Shown: positions 26,325 to 38,991, counted from the first letter of the stretch. The stretch: DNA of 64,000 nucleotides from Octopus vulgaris (GCA_951406725.2 OX597841.1:19034001-19098000); one strand, 5' to 3'. Notes: generated by a model from the letters alone, not told the origin. Numbers and translations: made by a program.

Positions 26325-26690
26325 CAGTGGTTCTCAGTTGAGGTCCATGTGGCCTCTGGGGATCATCATCATCATCATCATTGTTTAGCGTCCGTTTTCC
26401 AAGATTTTTGAGGGCCCCATGCAACAAAACATTGAGGTTCCACAACGGTATTTTAAAGGCCTCTGAAGAAAATTTACTTTAGACACATGTTTTGCAAGAA
26501 ACAGGTTGGGTTTTTTTCTCGAATATTTTACAAAGCTCAACCTCCACAAGTGAATGCGTGAAAAACAAAATAGAAATGTTGAAAGAACTTCCTATAAAAC
26601 TAGTTTTAAAACATCGAATGACCATGGGGTCCACCAGAATGAAATGGTAATCAAAGGGGTCCATAGATAAAAAACGGTTAAGAACCCCTG
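26325..26690. mobile_element. hAT/Charlie-like MITE
   Basis: Imperfect TIRs CAGTGGTTCTCA / TAAGAACCCCTG; the 8-bp TSD is not preserved. Confidence 0.6.
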
Positions 26691-26840
26691 CTTTTGTGGT
26701 TTGCAGTATTCTAGTTCATCTCCACTGATTGCTTCTCTTTGCCTATTCTCTCTTTTTGTCCGGAATGTTCTTATATGTCTCTAGATTCTGGTCACAACAA
26801 CATGGAACCCTAAAGGAAGGGTTACTATCTGTAATATTTA

Positions 26841-27149
26841 CGTAAAGGTAAGAGTTACCCTCCGAGGCACAAGTCCAGGTAAGGTTGTTTCTGGAAGACC
26901 AGTGGTCGCCCATGCATATCAGCCTCCTCCTCTCCATACCACGAATGTTATCCAAGGGAAAAGCAAAGGGGCCGATACAGCTTGGCACCTGTGACATCGC
27001 AACTCATTTCTACAGCTGAGTGAAGTGGGACAACGTGAAAAAAAAAAGGTGTTTTGCTCAAGAATACAACACAGCCCAGTCTGGGAATTGAACTCACAAC
27101 CTCATGATTGTGAGAGCAACACTCTAACCACTGAGCTATGCACTTTCAC
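26841..27149 (-). mobile_element. tRNA-derived SINE with RTE-like 3' tail
   Basis: Minus strand head TAGCTCAGTGG...GAGTTCAATTCCC; tail ...GGGTAACTCTTACCTTTA. Confidence 0.65.
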
Positions 27150-27229
27150 TAATATTCCTGTATATTTGTGTTAATTTTGGTAACTGTACGCCGGTGTCAC
27201 AATTGCTTGGTCAGCATGCAGTTTATTGA

Positions 27230-27666
27230 CCCCAAAACTCATTTCTTAGCCCAGTTCTTGTCCTATTGGTCTTTTTTGTTGAACCGCTAAGTTACGGGGA
27301 CGTAAACACACCAGCACCGGTTGTCAAATGGTGATGGGAGATAAACACAGATACAAATACACACATACACATAGATATACACGCATATACACAGACACAC
27401 ACACACACATTCTCTCTCTTATTTGCACACATGCACACACATACACACACACACATTCTCTCTTTCACTCACAGACACACACACACACACACACACACAT
27501 ACATATACACACACACCAGGTTTCCCTCTGTTTCCGTCTATGAAATCCAGTCACAAAGCTTTTGTCAGCTCAAGGCTATGGTAGAGGACACATACCCAAG
27601 GTGCCACGCAGTGGGGCTGAACCAGGCTCCGTATTGTTGGGAAGCAAGCTTCTCACCACACACCCA
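27230..27666 (-). mobile_element. tRNA-derived SINE, family A (diverged)
   Basis: Homology to 13966-14390. Confidence 0.75.
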
Positions 27667-28554
27667 CATCTGCTATATTTATTTTGTCATCTGCATAAGT
27701 TTCCAGACACTGTGGACCAAGTTCCCCATCGACAGCCCCTTCATATTAAATAAAGTATTAAGCACTTCCTCCATTCAAAGTAGTGACTCCAGTTCTCTGT
27801 AGCTGCAGGATTTGTTGAGTATATAAACTGATGAGAGGACAATAAGTTCCGAAAGTTGGTTAAGGCTATTCGTCTCTTTTTCAATCTACAGAGAAATAAT
27901 TAATTTACCATCTTAAAGAATGTCGCTGTCATTACTTTGGGGTCCAGTTTCTATTACAATTTACTTTCATTTTTAGGACAAGTTGCTTAAGCTTTTTTTA
28001 TGGCATCATTCTTCTGCATTTTTCTCATACAAGGAAATAGGGAACCAACACTTGGATCATCTTCAGATTAGTGTTTACCATGCACCTCCCCATGTATATG
28101 CAAATCTGGGCAAGGTTTATTTCAGGAAGCCCATGAATACACATCTACCCTCATGGGGCTGTCAAGGTTTATCCAGGACAAAGGGCATCCTTTTGGACCG
28201 ACACAGTTTGGCACTAATGTCGGCAAACATGTTGATATTAGAACACAAAGAACTGGAAATGTTACTGCAAGGCATATTGTCCGACTTTCTAACAGTTAAT
28301 CCGATCGATAATCCACCAATTTGGATTAGCACCTTTTTTTTTTTTAATACCAGCTTGACATAGTGAAAGACATAGTAAACCCCAGGTGCATTTGAACTCG
28401 GGATGCAAAAAGCCTGGGTAATTTCCACAAGACAACCTAAATGACATTCTAATGAGCCTGCCAATTGAACACCATTTATTTATACACACACACACACAAA
28501 CAAACATATTCATATACACACACACACACACACATATATATATATTCTTCTTTC

Positions 28555-28957
28555 TTTTTCTTTTTCCTTGTTTCAGTCATTTTGACTGCGGCCATGCTGG
28601 AGCACCGCCTTTAATCAAGCAACTCAACCCTGGGACTTATTCTTTGTAAGCCCAGTACTTATTCTATCGGTCTCTTTTGCCGAACCACTAAGTGACGGGG
28701 ACATAAACACACCAGCATCGGTTGTCAAGTGATGTTGGGAGGACAAACACAGACACACAAACATACATGCACATACACATATATACATATATACGATGGG
28801 CTTCTTTCAGTTTCCGTCTACCAAATCCACTCACAAGGCTTTGGTCGGTCCGAGGCTATAAGTAGAAGACACTTGCCCAAGATGCCACGCAGTGGGACTG
28901 AACCCGGAACAATGTGGTTGGTAAACAAGCTACTTACCACACAGCCACTCCTGCGTC
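28555..28957 (-). mobile_element. tRNA-derived SINE, family A
   Basis: Homology to 13966-14390. Confidence 0.9.
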
Positions 28958-29575
28958 TATATGTATAAATTGCATTCAAGTTTTGGCACAGGGCCATTAA
29001 TTTCAGGGGTGGGGTGGATCAGTCGATTCCATTCACCCCAGTGTTCAACTGGTATTTATTTTATCAACCCCAGAAAGATAAAAGACAAAGCTGACCCAGG
29101 TGGAATTTGAACTCAGAACTTAAGGACGGACAAAACCCCGCCAAGAATTTTGCCTGGTGCCCTAACGATTCTACAAGCTCGTTTGCCTATAGGTATATAT
29201 ACATTCATTACAGGTAGGAACACTGCCTTCCGTTGTACAGCCATCACATCTTAGCAAGTGCATTAAACGCTCGTTAAGCAATTCCGACTCCTACCTGTGC
29301 TAGCATTGAGATTCATTCTAGCTAAAGGCCTCCCTGCAGATGTTACCTGGCATTTAGAGCCAGCACCGAAAGTTGTGATGTTCCATATATGAATACATCT
29401 ACGTAAACAACGTGACTGAAGATAGAAAAAATAGATAATGAGTGTCTGTGGATCTTTTGGGAGTTCTTGATCCGTCTTCAGCCCCACATGCAACCCTTTT
29501 CCCCATCCATAAACACTTTACTTAAATAACCATTAAGTTTACCAATGTAACACTATTGAACAGACCAATTTCCCA

Positions 29576-30372
29576 TACCTATTTCTTTATTAACCACAAG
29601 GGGCTAAACATTGAGGGGACAAACAAGGACAGACATAGGTATTAAGTCGATTATATTGATCCTCAGTGAGTAACTGGTACTTTATTTATCGACCCCGAAA
29701 GGATGAAAGGCAAAGTCGACCTCGACGGAATTTGAACTCAGAACGTAAAGCCAGACGAAATACCTATTTCTTTATTAACCACAAGGGGCTAAACATTGAG
29801 GGGACAAACAAGGACAGACATAGGTATTAAGTCGATTATATTGATCCTCAGTGAGTAACTGGTACTTTATTTATCGACCCCGAAAGGATGAAAGGCAAAG
29901 TCGACCTCGACGGAATTTGAACTCAGAACGTAAAGCCAGACGAAATACCTATTTCTTTATTAACCACAAGGGGCTAAACATTGAGGGGACAAACAAGGAC
30001 AGACATAGGTATTAAGTCGATTATATTGATCCTCAGTGAGTAACTGGTACTTTATTTATCGACCCCGAAAGGATGAAAGGCAAAGTCGACCTCGACGGAA
30101 TTTGAACTCAGAACGTAAAGCCAGACGAAATACCTATTTCTTTATTAACCACAAGGGGCTAAACATAGAGGGGACAAACATAGAGGACAGACATAGGTAT
30201 TAAGTCGATTACATCGACCCCAGTGCGTAACTGGTACTTTATTTATCGACCCCGAAAGGATGAAAGGCAAAGTTGACCTCGGTGGAATTTGAACTCAGAA
30301 CGTAACGGCAAACTAAATACCGCAAAGCATTTCGCCCGCCGTGCTAACGCTTCTGCCAGCTTACCGCCTTTC
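29576..30372 (-). mobile_element. tRNA-derived SINE family C (Meta/MESC-like core) with three extra 185-bp tandem units
   Basis: Units start at 29576, 29761, 29946 and 30131; core GCCTTTCATCCTTTCGGGGTCGATAAA; single diverged copies at ~15025, ~28980 and ~53300. Confidence 0.9.
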
Positions 30373-30734
30373 ACATACCAAACACACTCCTAGCAACTGG
30401 TAAATTCATATCAATTGCTCATAGGATCCCTTTTTTTTTTTTGCTATGCAAATCATAATAAACTACAAAGTACGTTAAAGTTTGATAGGTCAATACTCTG
30501 TCCCTCCGGTGTTAGCAGTGCTATAACAGGTTTTAAAGTCATCTTTATATATATCCTATAGAAACTAAAGCCAGTATTGAAACTTACAATGTTTTGTACA
30601 CTAATGCATCCTTTACACAATGCAATTCAAGACAAAAAAAAAGAGGTGACGATAACATTGAAACATTGTATATATTTGATATTTGTAAACAAGACTGGAG
30701 GGTTGATAAGAAGAATGACTACATAAGCCATTTT

Positions 30735-31183
30735 TATACAATAACTATATAATAATGATATATATATATATACACATATATACACCGATTAAAGCGACAT
30801 TTATCTAAACAACTGACTGAAAAATGGTGAGCTAACTCCAGCTAGAATCAAACCCATATATCAATGCTAACATGGCTCCATGCGCATCCGATTGAGCCAG
30901 GACACTCACCCATAAATTTCAACCAAATGTTTACGAATATTATATGTAGTTCTAGATAGCTAAGTAGCTATACATAAAATTTGACTGGAATTTATGGGTG
31001 AGTGTCCTGTCTCAATCGGATGTGCATGGAGCCATGTTAGCATTGTTATGTGAGTTAGCTCATCCAGTTTCTAGCAGGAGTTAGCTCTTCAGTTTTCAGT
31101 CATTTGTTTAGATAAATGTCGCTTTAATTGGAGTATGTATTATTATTATTATTATATATATTATTATTTATATAGTTATTGTA

Positions 31184-31186
<3 letters not shown>
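30735..31186. repeat. Long imperfect palindrome (fold-back element) within (TA)n
   Basis: 30781-30928 is the reverse complement of 30979-31135, with further matching AT-rich outer arms. Confidence 0.9.
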
Positions 31187-31225
<39 letters not shown>

Positions 31226-31255
31226 CAAAAATAAGCAACAAGAATGACTCTGGTG

Positions 31256-31345
31256 ATTTGGTACAATTGTTTAATACTACAACATTTTATTAAAAGCTGT
31301 AAATATTACAGCAGATTTAAGATGCTGAGTGCTCTTCAGCCAATT
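31256..31345 (-). ncRNA. Degenerate long-stem-II hammerhead (homolog of 50607-50699)
   Basis: Minus strand TTGG-CTGAAGA...TAAA-CAATTG-TA-CCAA; GAAA is mutated to TAAA. Confidence 0.6.
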
Positions 31346-31949
31346 TATATCGGTTTTCCAATAATATAAAAGCTTTCAAATCAATTAGTAACATTTTAGA
31401 GAAGGTAAATATACAGATAAAGATGTAGATATAAATTTTAGGAACATTTGAGGTTGTAAAGTTCAGTTGCTAACTGACCAAAACTCTGCTTGTAACTGAC
31501 TGCTATAAGAAATTTCTTTAGTTATAGGGATTGGGGTAAGGGAAGGAATTCAAGTTAGTTGTAGAAAGAGGAGGAATTTCGAATACATAAAGGATATTCA
31601 GGTTGTCACTAGAACAAAAAGCCAATTTTTCTATGTGGTGACAAGAAAATTAGGTCAGTGCCGAGAGTTCATTTAATTCTTAGGAACATATGAGGTTGTG
31701 TAGTTCAGATGCTAACTGACCAAAACTCTGCCTGCAAACTGACTGCTATGAGAATTTTTTTTACTAAATTACCGGAATCATTCTTGTTATTTTTTATTAT
31801 AATCACCCCGCAAATTTTTATGGGTAACACCATACAAAATTCTGGTGCATCTAAATTAAGTACCATATTCATTTGAATCTAAATTGTTGCTGATCTTATA
31901 TATATATATATAGTACAAAGTAAGATAGGGGTTATGAGTGTAACCCACA

Positions 31950-32085
31950 ATGGGATGAAGCCTATGGTTATATATATAAGTACCCTATTTTCAAATGCTT
32001 ACAACCTCAGTATGTTGACACCTATAGGCAATGAAAATAAAATTATCTACTTTTTTCCATAGGCTGAAACAGCTGTAAGAAGTGA
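31950..32085 (+). ncRNA. Degenerate hammerhead relic with ~105-nt stem II
   Basis: GATGA-AGCCTATGG(31959-31967)...CCATAGGCT(32057-32065)-GAAA-CAGCTG-TA; the 5' core and stem I are broken. Confidence 0.5.
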
Positions 32086-32270
32086 TTTTAATGATTTCAT
32101 TAATTTATATTATGACTTTTATAATTTGTATTCTTATCTTATATGCATTGAATTATAAGATATATATGTATGCTATTAAGGTTCTCATTTTGTTAAATGA
32201 ATAAATAATCCAACATTATAATATCCGAAAGGTGATTAACAAACTAAATTTGTTTCTCTATTTTCTTATT

Positions 32271-32308
<38 letters not shown>

Positions 32309-32530
32309 TAACTAATGTAGGATAAAATTTTTTTCGGGAAAAAATTTTTATCAATGGCCAGCATACCAAAAAATACCTTTAAAGGTTAAATTTATAAAAT
32401 AATTTACAAAATAAGGGCAAAAGAAAAATTCTAATGCCAAATATGCCGAAAAAAAGACAAAATTGTCAATAACCATTTTAATTTATGCATCTCGAAACAA
32501 ACCGATAGAAATTTCTAAAAAATTGGTTAT

Positions 32531-32589
32531 TACCGTATTGGTCCCAATTTCGGGGTTAATTCATAAGAATTTTCCCCTCTTCAGCGATA
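32531..32589 (-). ncRNA. Type I hammerhead ribozyme, canonical core
   Basis: Minus strand TATCG-CTGAAGA-GGGG..AATTC TTAT GAATT..CCCC-GAAA-TTGG GA CCAA-TA-CGGTA; within element 32312-32725, homologous to 61709-62145. Confidence 0.9.
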
Positions 32590-32900
32590 AATACGTGAGA
32601 TATAAGTGAAATACTCACTCATACTCATGGAAAGAGCAAGCCCTAAGTCCTGGACAGACCTAAGTACCCCAAATATATCCAAAATAGAAAAAAACTTCGG
32701 CACATCTCGAGACACGTGTGATATGTGTATATATATATATATATATACAAGATAAGAAAATGGAGAAATACATCTAAATCAGATATCAATTACCAGATAA
32801 TACCCAATCACATACTTTATTAAACCACCACATAAGAGACTGTAGGGTTTGGATATATGTTATCCCATGGAGGGTTGCATTTACAACCCCTATCTCAATT

Positions 32901-32965
<65 letters not shown>

Positions 32966-33219
32966 GTGTGTGGGAGTATGGTGAGAAGCTTGCTTCCCAA
33001 CCACAAGTTTTCTGGATTCAGTCCTACTGCTGAAAGTGAATTTGATAGATGGAAACTGATATAAGCCCGTCGTGTGTGTATGTGTGTGTGTACACACACA
33101 CATACATATGTGTGTCTGTGTGTGTCTCCCACCACCATTTGACAACCAGTGTTGGTGTGTTTATCTCCCCGTAACTTAGCAGTTCAGCAAAAAGAGACCA
33201 ATGGAATAAGCAAAAGAAA

Positions 33220-33690
33220 GTCTTGCGACCAGGCATCGTCTTATGGTCTGAACAGGGTGCCAGAGTGATTCTCATTGGATTGTCAGTAGCAAAGGAGATC
33301 CGCATAGAAGAGCAACACATCTTTAAGTTAGGTAAAAATGGAGAGGAGGCAAAGCAGCGAGGGAGCTGAGGGTCACCATTGTATAGTGAAACCAATTGAA
33401 GTTGGGCCACGAGGATTCGTGGCTGCATCAACCCGTCGGTTACTTGGGCAGTTGGGTATCAAAGGCCACAAACAAACGCTTGTCCGATGTTGCTGAGAAG
33501 AGCTCAAAGTGGACAGAGGTGAAGAGGAATGACGAATGGACCGAGTCATAGATTCCACTGGTTATTTTAGAGGAAATATAAGGAAGAAGAGAATTGGTTC
33601 TTTTGTCGGTCAGGGTGACCTAGTGGGTTGAAACACAGGCCTGGGAACAAAAGAAAACAACCCTGGTTCAAATTCTGCTGGAGACAGAAT
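33220..33690 (+). mobile_element. HERO-like retrotransposon 3' fragment (restriction-like endonuclease region and 3' UTR)
   Basis: LRPGIVLWSEQGARVILIGLSV...EEQH..K and PIEVGPRGFVAAS...AEKSSKW, with frameshifts. Confidence 0.75.
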
Positions 33691-33840
33691 TTTGGAAAGC
33701 AATTGGAGGACACCAAATAATCATGACCTAAGTGGGCCGAACTCCCATAGTGTTAGGTATAAGGGCCGAAACACTTGTCGGATAGGAGTTCTTCCTCTGA
33801 AGATCTCTTCTGCTGTACGCTTGCCTTGTGTCAAGTTTCC

Positions 33841-33889
<49 letters not shown>

Positions 33890-34143
33890 ATCACGTGATC
33901 ACGTGACCGACCAGACCATCAGATGCTCATACACATCGCTGGTCACAATGCATTTGCATTGTTTTAGCCTTCGAGCGACACCACCCCGCTGGCTAAGCGA
34001 GCAGGCCAACAGAAGAAAGAGAGAGAGAAAGAGTGGTGAAGGAGTACAGCAGGGATCACCAGCCCCCTGCCAGAACCTCGTGGAGCTTTTAGGTGCTTTC
34101 GCTCAATAAACACACACAACGCCCGGTCTGGGAATTGAAACCG

Positions 34144-34181
<38 letters not shown>

Positions 34182-34222
34182 GTATAAATAAGTATATATA
34201 TATATATATATATGTACATATG

Positions 34223-34294
<72 letters not shown>

Positions 34295-34316
34295 ATGTTA
34301 CATTACTCGGTAGTCA

Positions 34317-34379
34317 AGATAAAACTCTGAGTTTCAGATGCCGAAGTGGAAATCCACAACACCATCTCTTCGGTTATCT
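34317..34379 (-). ncRNA. Hammerhead motif in the inverted Penelope terminal copy
   Basis: Reverse complement of 37041-37103. Confidence 0.75.
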
Positions 34380-35334
34380 GGCTATTTGAAAACGTTATGA
34401 AAAAATACCGTTAAAAATGAAGGGAAATTACTCTGTTGTAACTCTGCTTTGCCTGCGTACTTATACATCGCTCGCATTTTTCGTCATAAAAATTATATAA
34501 AAATACATAAAAATATATAAAAATATATAAAAATATATAAAATCTTCTTGGGACATAACACAGAAAGCATGTTCTATCCGTTTTCTTTAGGGGACCAAAA
34601 ACGTAACAGAAATTTAGTCACATGTGGGCATGATCCGAAAAGTTCTGTCCTTGTATTTAGACATGTGGTAGGGTCTAAGCTGCTTTTCCAGATAAGCCAT
34701 CTCTCCATGTCGCATAAACCGCACCTTCCGCTGCCGTTAGTATAGGGCTTACATCTGGCCAAAATCTTCCATTGTATGTTATAATCGACACCTTTATCTC
34801 TTAAAGACCAAATATGATTGGATAATTGTGTCGCTTTTCTTTTGTTCCAGTGCCTAAAGCTCAAAGTGTGGTTATTGAACCTGGCCTTGAAATTACCCTC
34901 TGTCAGGCCCACGTATTTCTTCGTCGAAACGGTGTCTTTAGTGGTTATAGAGTTTACGGTAGCTTAATATATGATGGTCTTGGACATGCAAGCTCCATTT
35001 AGCGGGCACAATTATTTATTCCTGCATAAACAGCTGTTTTCTTCTTGTGTTTTTTGTATGTTATGATTGATTATGTTTTTAAAATTGGTAGTTGAACTAA
35101 AACTAATTTTTAAATTGTGTCTATTGAAGAGTTTCCTATAAGCATGGTTAACTGGAAAATGTCTATCTATCAGTGCTAGGAAATATTTACCTATATTGAA
35201 GGCCACCTCGGGTGAGTAAGGGGGCGTAAACCAGATGACCTTCCTATTTCTATTATTCCTTTTCCTTATTGTTGGGCTGGTGATAGGTGTATATTTTATT
35301 TTTTCGCTAAAACCACTATCTTTTAAAGCTTTAT

Positions 35335-36846
35335 CTAAAGAAATTTTAGATAAAATAAATACGAAAATTAAGACCGATACTAGGCTAGTGCAATGGTCCA
35401 ATAGTATAGAAGTCGTAGACTGGTTTAAAGCTATTAAGAATAAGAAAAAAGCGAGGTTTACACAATTCGATATTGTTGATTTTTATGCCTCTATCTCTAA
35501 AGAACTGCTAGATAAAGCCCTAATCTTCGCTAGTGACTTCATAGAAATTAGTACCAATGATAAGGATATAATCTTCCATGCTAGAAAGACATTACTTTTC
35601 AGTGAGAATGCAAAGTGGGTAAAAAACACCGACACGGAGGGCGCTTTCGATGTGAGCATGGGTTCATATGATGGGGCAGGCATCTGTGATCTAATTGGAC
35701 TCTTTCTCCTAGATACCTTCGGTAAGACATTCCCTAACGTACATTTCGCCATCTACAAAGATGATGCCCTCGCCTTAACAGCTAATACAAATGGACCAGC
35801 ACAAGATCGTTTTAGGAAGGATATTATCCAGTTAATGAAACACTTCGGACTTAGTATAACTATAGACACTAACCTGACGGTTGTCAATTTCTTAGACGTT
35901 TCCTTAGATCTTAATAATAATATTTATAAGCCTTATAGGAAGCCCAATGATAGACTAAGTTATATTAATGTAGGTTCATGCCATCCCCCTATAGTATTCA
36001 AAAATTTAGTTAAAAATATTAGTAAGAGGATTTCTAGCCTCTCATCTATTGAGGACATCTTCAATAGCGTTGCCCCAGTTTATAATAAAGCTTTAAAAGA
36101 TAGTGGTTTTAGCGAAAAAATAAAATATACACCTATCACCAGCCCAACAATAAGGAAAAGGAATAATAGAAATAGGAAGGTCATCTGGTTTACGCCCCCT
36201 TACTCACCCGAGGTGGCCTTCAATATAGGTAAATATTTCCTAGCACTGATAGATAGACATTTTCCAGTTAACCATGCTTATAGGAAACTCTTCAATAGAC
36301 ACAATTTAAAAATTAGTTTTAGTTCAACTACCAATTTTAAAAATATAATCAATCATAACATACAAAAAACACAAGAAGAAAACAGCTGTTCATGCAGGAA
36401 TAAAGAATTGTGCCCGCTAAATGGAGCTTGCATGTCCAAGACCATCATATATTAAGCTACCGTAAACTCTATAACCACTAAAGACACCGTTTCGACGAAG
36501 AAATACGTGGGCCTGACAGAGGGTAATTTCAAGGCCAGGTTCAATAACCACACTTTGAGCTTTAGGCACTGGAACAAAAGAAAAGCGACACAATTATCCA
36601 ATCATATTTGGTCTTTAAGAGATAAAGGTGTCGATTATAACATACAATGGAAGATTTTTGGCCAGATGTAAGCCCTATACTAACGGCAGCGGAAGGTGCG
36701 GTTTATGCGACATGGAGAGATGGCTTATCTGGAAAAGCAGCTTAGACCCTACCACATGTCTAAATACAAGGACAGAGCTTTTCGGATCATGCCCACATGT
36801 GACTAAATTCCTGTTACGTTTTTGGTCCCCTAAAGAAAACGGATAG
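35335..36846 (+). pseudogene. Penelope-like reverse transcriptase + GIY-YIG endonuclease ORF, disrupted
   Basis: RT motifs FDIVDFY, MGSYDG, YKDD, VNFLDV; linker CxC-x5-CP-x3-GxC; IIY...YVG, CxLC, LN motifs; premature TAA at 36453-36455 and a +1 frameshift near 36655. Confidence 0.92.
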
Positions 36847-37040
36847 AACATGCTTTCTGTGTTATGTCCCAAGAAGATTTTATATATTTTTATATATTTT
36901 TATATATTTTTATGTATTTTTATATAATTTTTATGACGAAAAATGCGAGCGATGTATAAGTACGCAGGCAAAGCAGAGTTACAACAGAGTAATTTCCCTT
37001 CATTTTTAACGGTATTTTTTCATAACGTTTTCAAATAGCC

Positions 37041-37103
37041 AGATAACCGAAGAGATGGTGTTGTGGATTTCCACTTCGGCATCTGAAACTCAGAGTTTTA
37101 TCT
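37041..37103 (+). ncRNA. Type I hammerhead motif in the Penelope 3' UTR, CCGAAGA core
   Basis: Stem I AGATAA/TTATCT; CCGAAGA 37047-37053; stem II GATG/CATC enclosing GTGGA/TCCAC; GAAA 37085-37088; CTC-A-GAG; GTT triplet. Confidence 0.75.
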
Positions 37104-37227
37104 TGACTACCGAGTAATGTAACATATTGTATAGATAAATTTCCTCTATTTACATAATATTGAGGTCTCTTTCTTTCTTTTGTTATCTTACCGTTTTATC
37201 AATATATATATATATAGATATAAATAA

Positions 37228-37284
<57 letters not shown>

Positions 37285-37295
37285 ACATATGTATG

Positions 37296-37338
<43 letters not shown>

Positions 37339-37387
37339 GTCTTTTTTTTCCTCTGTCTTCCCTTCTCTGGATCTTTCCTTCTCCTAT

Positions 37388-37422
37388 GTTTCTGATGAAG
37401 AGCTCCGCTCGAAACATTAAAC
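37388..37422 (+). ncRNA. Minimal hammerhead motif (GAGC-stem family, CTGATGA core)
   Basis: GTTT-CTGATGA-A-GAGC TCC GCTC-GAAA-CATT-AAAC, inside an element at 37337-37522 flanked by (TA)n. Confidence 0.8.
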
Positions 37423-37539
37423 CCTCCTTCTTTCCTTCTTTCCTGAGCGTCCAATAATACTATATTTGTTTCACGTCCTCACATTGTTGTGTTTTTTTTG
37501 TGCTTTCTTGTTTGGATTAACTATATATATATATTTGCA

Positions 37540-38600
37540 GTTACTTGTGAAGTGGTGAAGGCCCAGGCTGGAGTGGAAGTATCTATATGAGATCTAAATT
37601 TTCCTTTCTAGACCATCGACCAACAATCAAAGAATCAAATCATAAAACACCGTCTTCGATGGTGAGGATGTGTAGCAAGAATGGAAGTGTGAAGGTTCCC
37701 ACGCCAAGGTATATTCAGGGAGCTGACTTCAGGGCAAAGACCATGGGACTTCCCTCTTCAAAGATCCCAGGACCAACTCAAAGCAACACTGGAAACCACT
37801 GGAATTGATTCCAAATTGTGTCTTGTTGTACTCAAACAGACTTGTCGTCCACAGTAGAAGATTGGTTTGCAAGAGTCTGGTGCTAGTGGCACATAAAGGG
37901 CACTTGGACTGGCACCATGTAAAAGCTCCCATGCTGGTGCCACCTAATGGCACCCGTACTGCCATCATATGAACCCACCCATGCTGGTGTCATGTAAAAA
38001 GCACCCGGCATACACTGTAAAGTGGTCTGCGTTAGGAGGGGGGCATCCAGACGTAGAAACGAATCCAAATCAGACTGGAATCTGGGGCTGCTCTTCGGTT
38101 TGCAGGTCTGCTCAAACAATCCAACCCATGCCGGCATGTAAAACAGTTGTGTAAGGCTGAGAAAGATGTGATGCATCTTGCCCTCTTCAAAGATACAAGG
38201 ACCGACTCAAAGCAACACTGGAAGCCACTGGAATTGATCTTAAATTGTTTAAAACCCAAGTCTGAGATTGTACCGAGTGGTTGCGTTCCATCACCATCGG
38301 AACCAAGAACTTGAAAGCCACCAGAAGTGAAATGAAAGGAATCAGACGACAGGAGAAAAAGGTTGGACAAAATCAAGCTCGTCTACCACCAACATTGCCA
38401 TGCAGTCAACGCCATTGACTCTTCTCTGCGGGAATTGGTCCACACAGGCATCAGTGGCATCGCCATCAAGGAGACGTTCAGCAGAGGAGAAAATAAATTC
38501 TTGGATGCGAGACAGAACCGACAAAGATGGAGTTGTTCCTGCTGACCAAATGTGATACGCATGGCTGATACGCATGCACAATTGTGCATATTGCAACAGA
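37540..38600 (+). mobile_element. RTE-clade LINE 3' fragment, interrupted by a SINE-like repeat (37870-38140) with a local ~50-bp duplication
   Basis: RLRW*GCVARME...FRELTSGQRP...DQLKATLETTGID; this block is repeated at ~38190-38240. Confidence 0.7.
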
Positions 38601-38608
38601 CCCATTTA

Positions 38609-38991
38609 CCCTTTTACTTGTTTTAGTCATTTGACTGCAGCCATGCAGGAGCACCGCCTTTAATCGAGCAACTCGACCCCGGGACTTATTCTTTGTAAGC
38701 CCAGTACTTAATCTATCGGTTTCTTTTTGTGACGGGGACATAAACACACCAGCATCGGTTGTCAAGCAATGCTAGGGGGACAAACACAGACACACAAACA
38801 CACACACACATACATATATATATATACATGTAGACGAATGGCTTCTTTCAGTTTCCGTCTACCAAATCCACTCACAAGGCTTTGGTCGGCCCGAGGCCAT
38901 AGTAGAAGACACCTGCTCAAGGTGCCACGCAGTGGGACTGAACCCAGAACCATGTGGTTGGTAAACAAGCTACTTACCACACAGCCACTCC
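38609..38991 (-). mobile_element. tRNA-derived SINE, family A
   Basis: Homology to 13966-14390. Confidence 0.88.

Larger units (their letters stand above)
34287..37133 (+). mobile_element. Penelope-like element (Naiad-like), 5'-truncated, with inverted terminal duplication
   Basis: 34287-35334 is the reverse complement of 36085-37133; RT and GIY-YIG coding region in between; flanked by (TA)n. Confidence 0.95.

Noticed and set aside
27828-27865. CTGATGA...GAAA spaced like a hammerhead
   Set aside because: Stem I and stem III cannot be formed convincingly.
27983-28464. 126-aa and 100-aa ORFs on opposite strands
   Set aside because: No recognisable domain; cannot be assigned without a search.
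33735-33785. GGCC...GGCC-GAAACACTTGTC hammerhead-like 3' half
   Set aside because: The 5' core box is absent.
35235-35334. Hydrophobic signal or TM-like N-terminus of the 406-aa ORF
   Set aside because: It is the antisense reading of the inverted Penelope arm fused in frame by chance.
36847-37040. Possible SECIS or selenoprotein coding as in some Naiad elements
   Set aside because: There is no in-frame TGA at Cys positions, the interrupting stop is TAA, and no convincing SECIS geometry is present.
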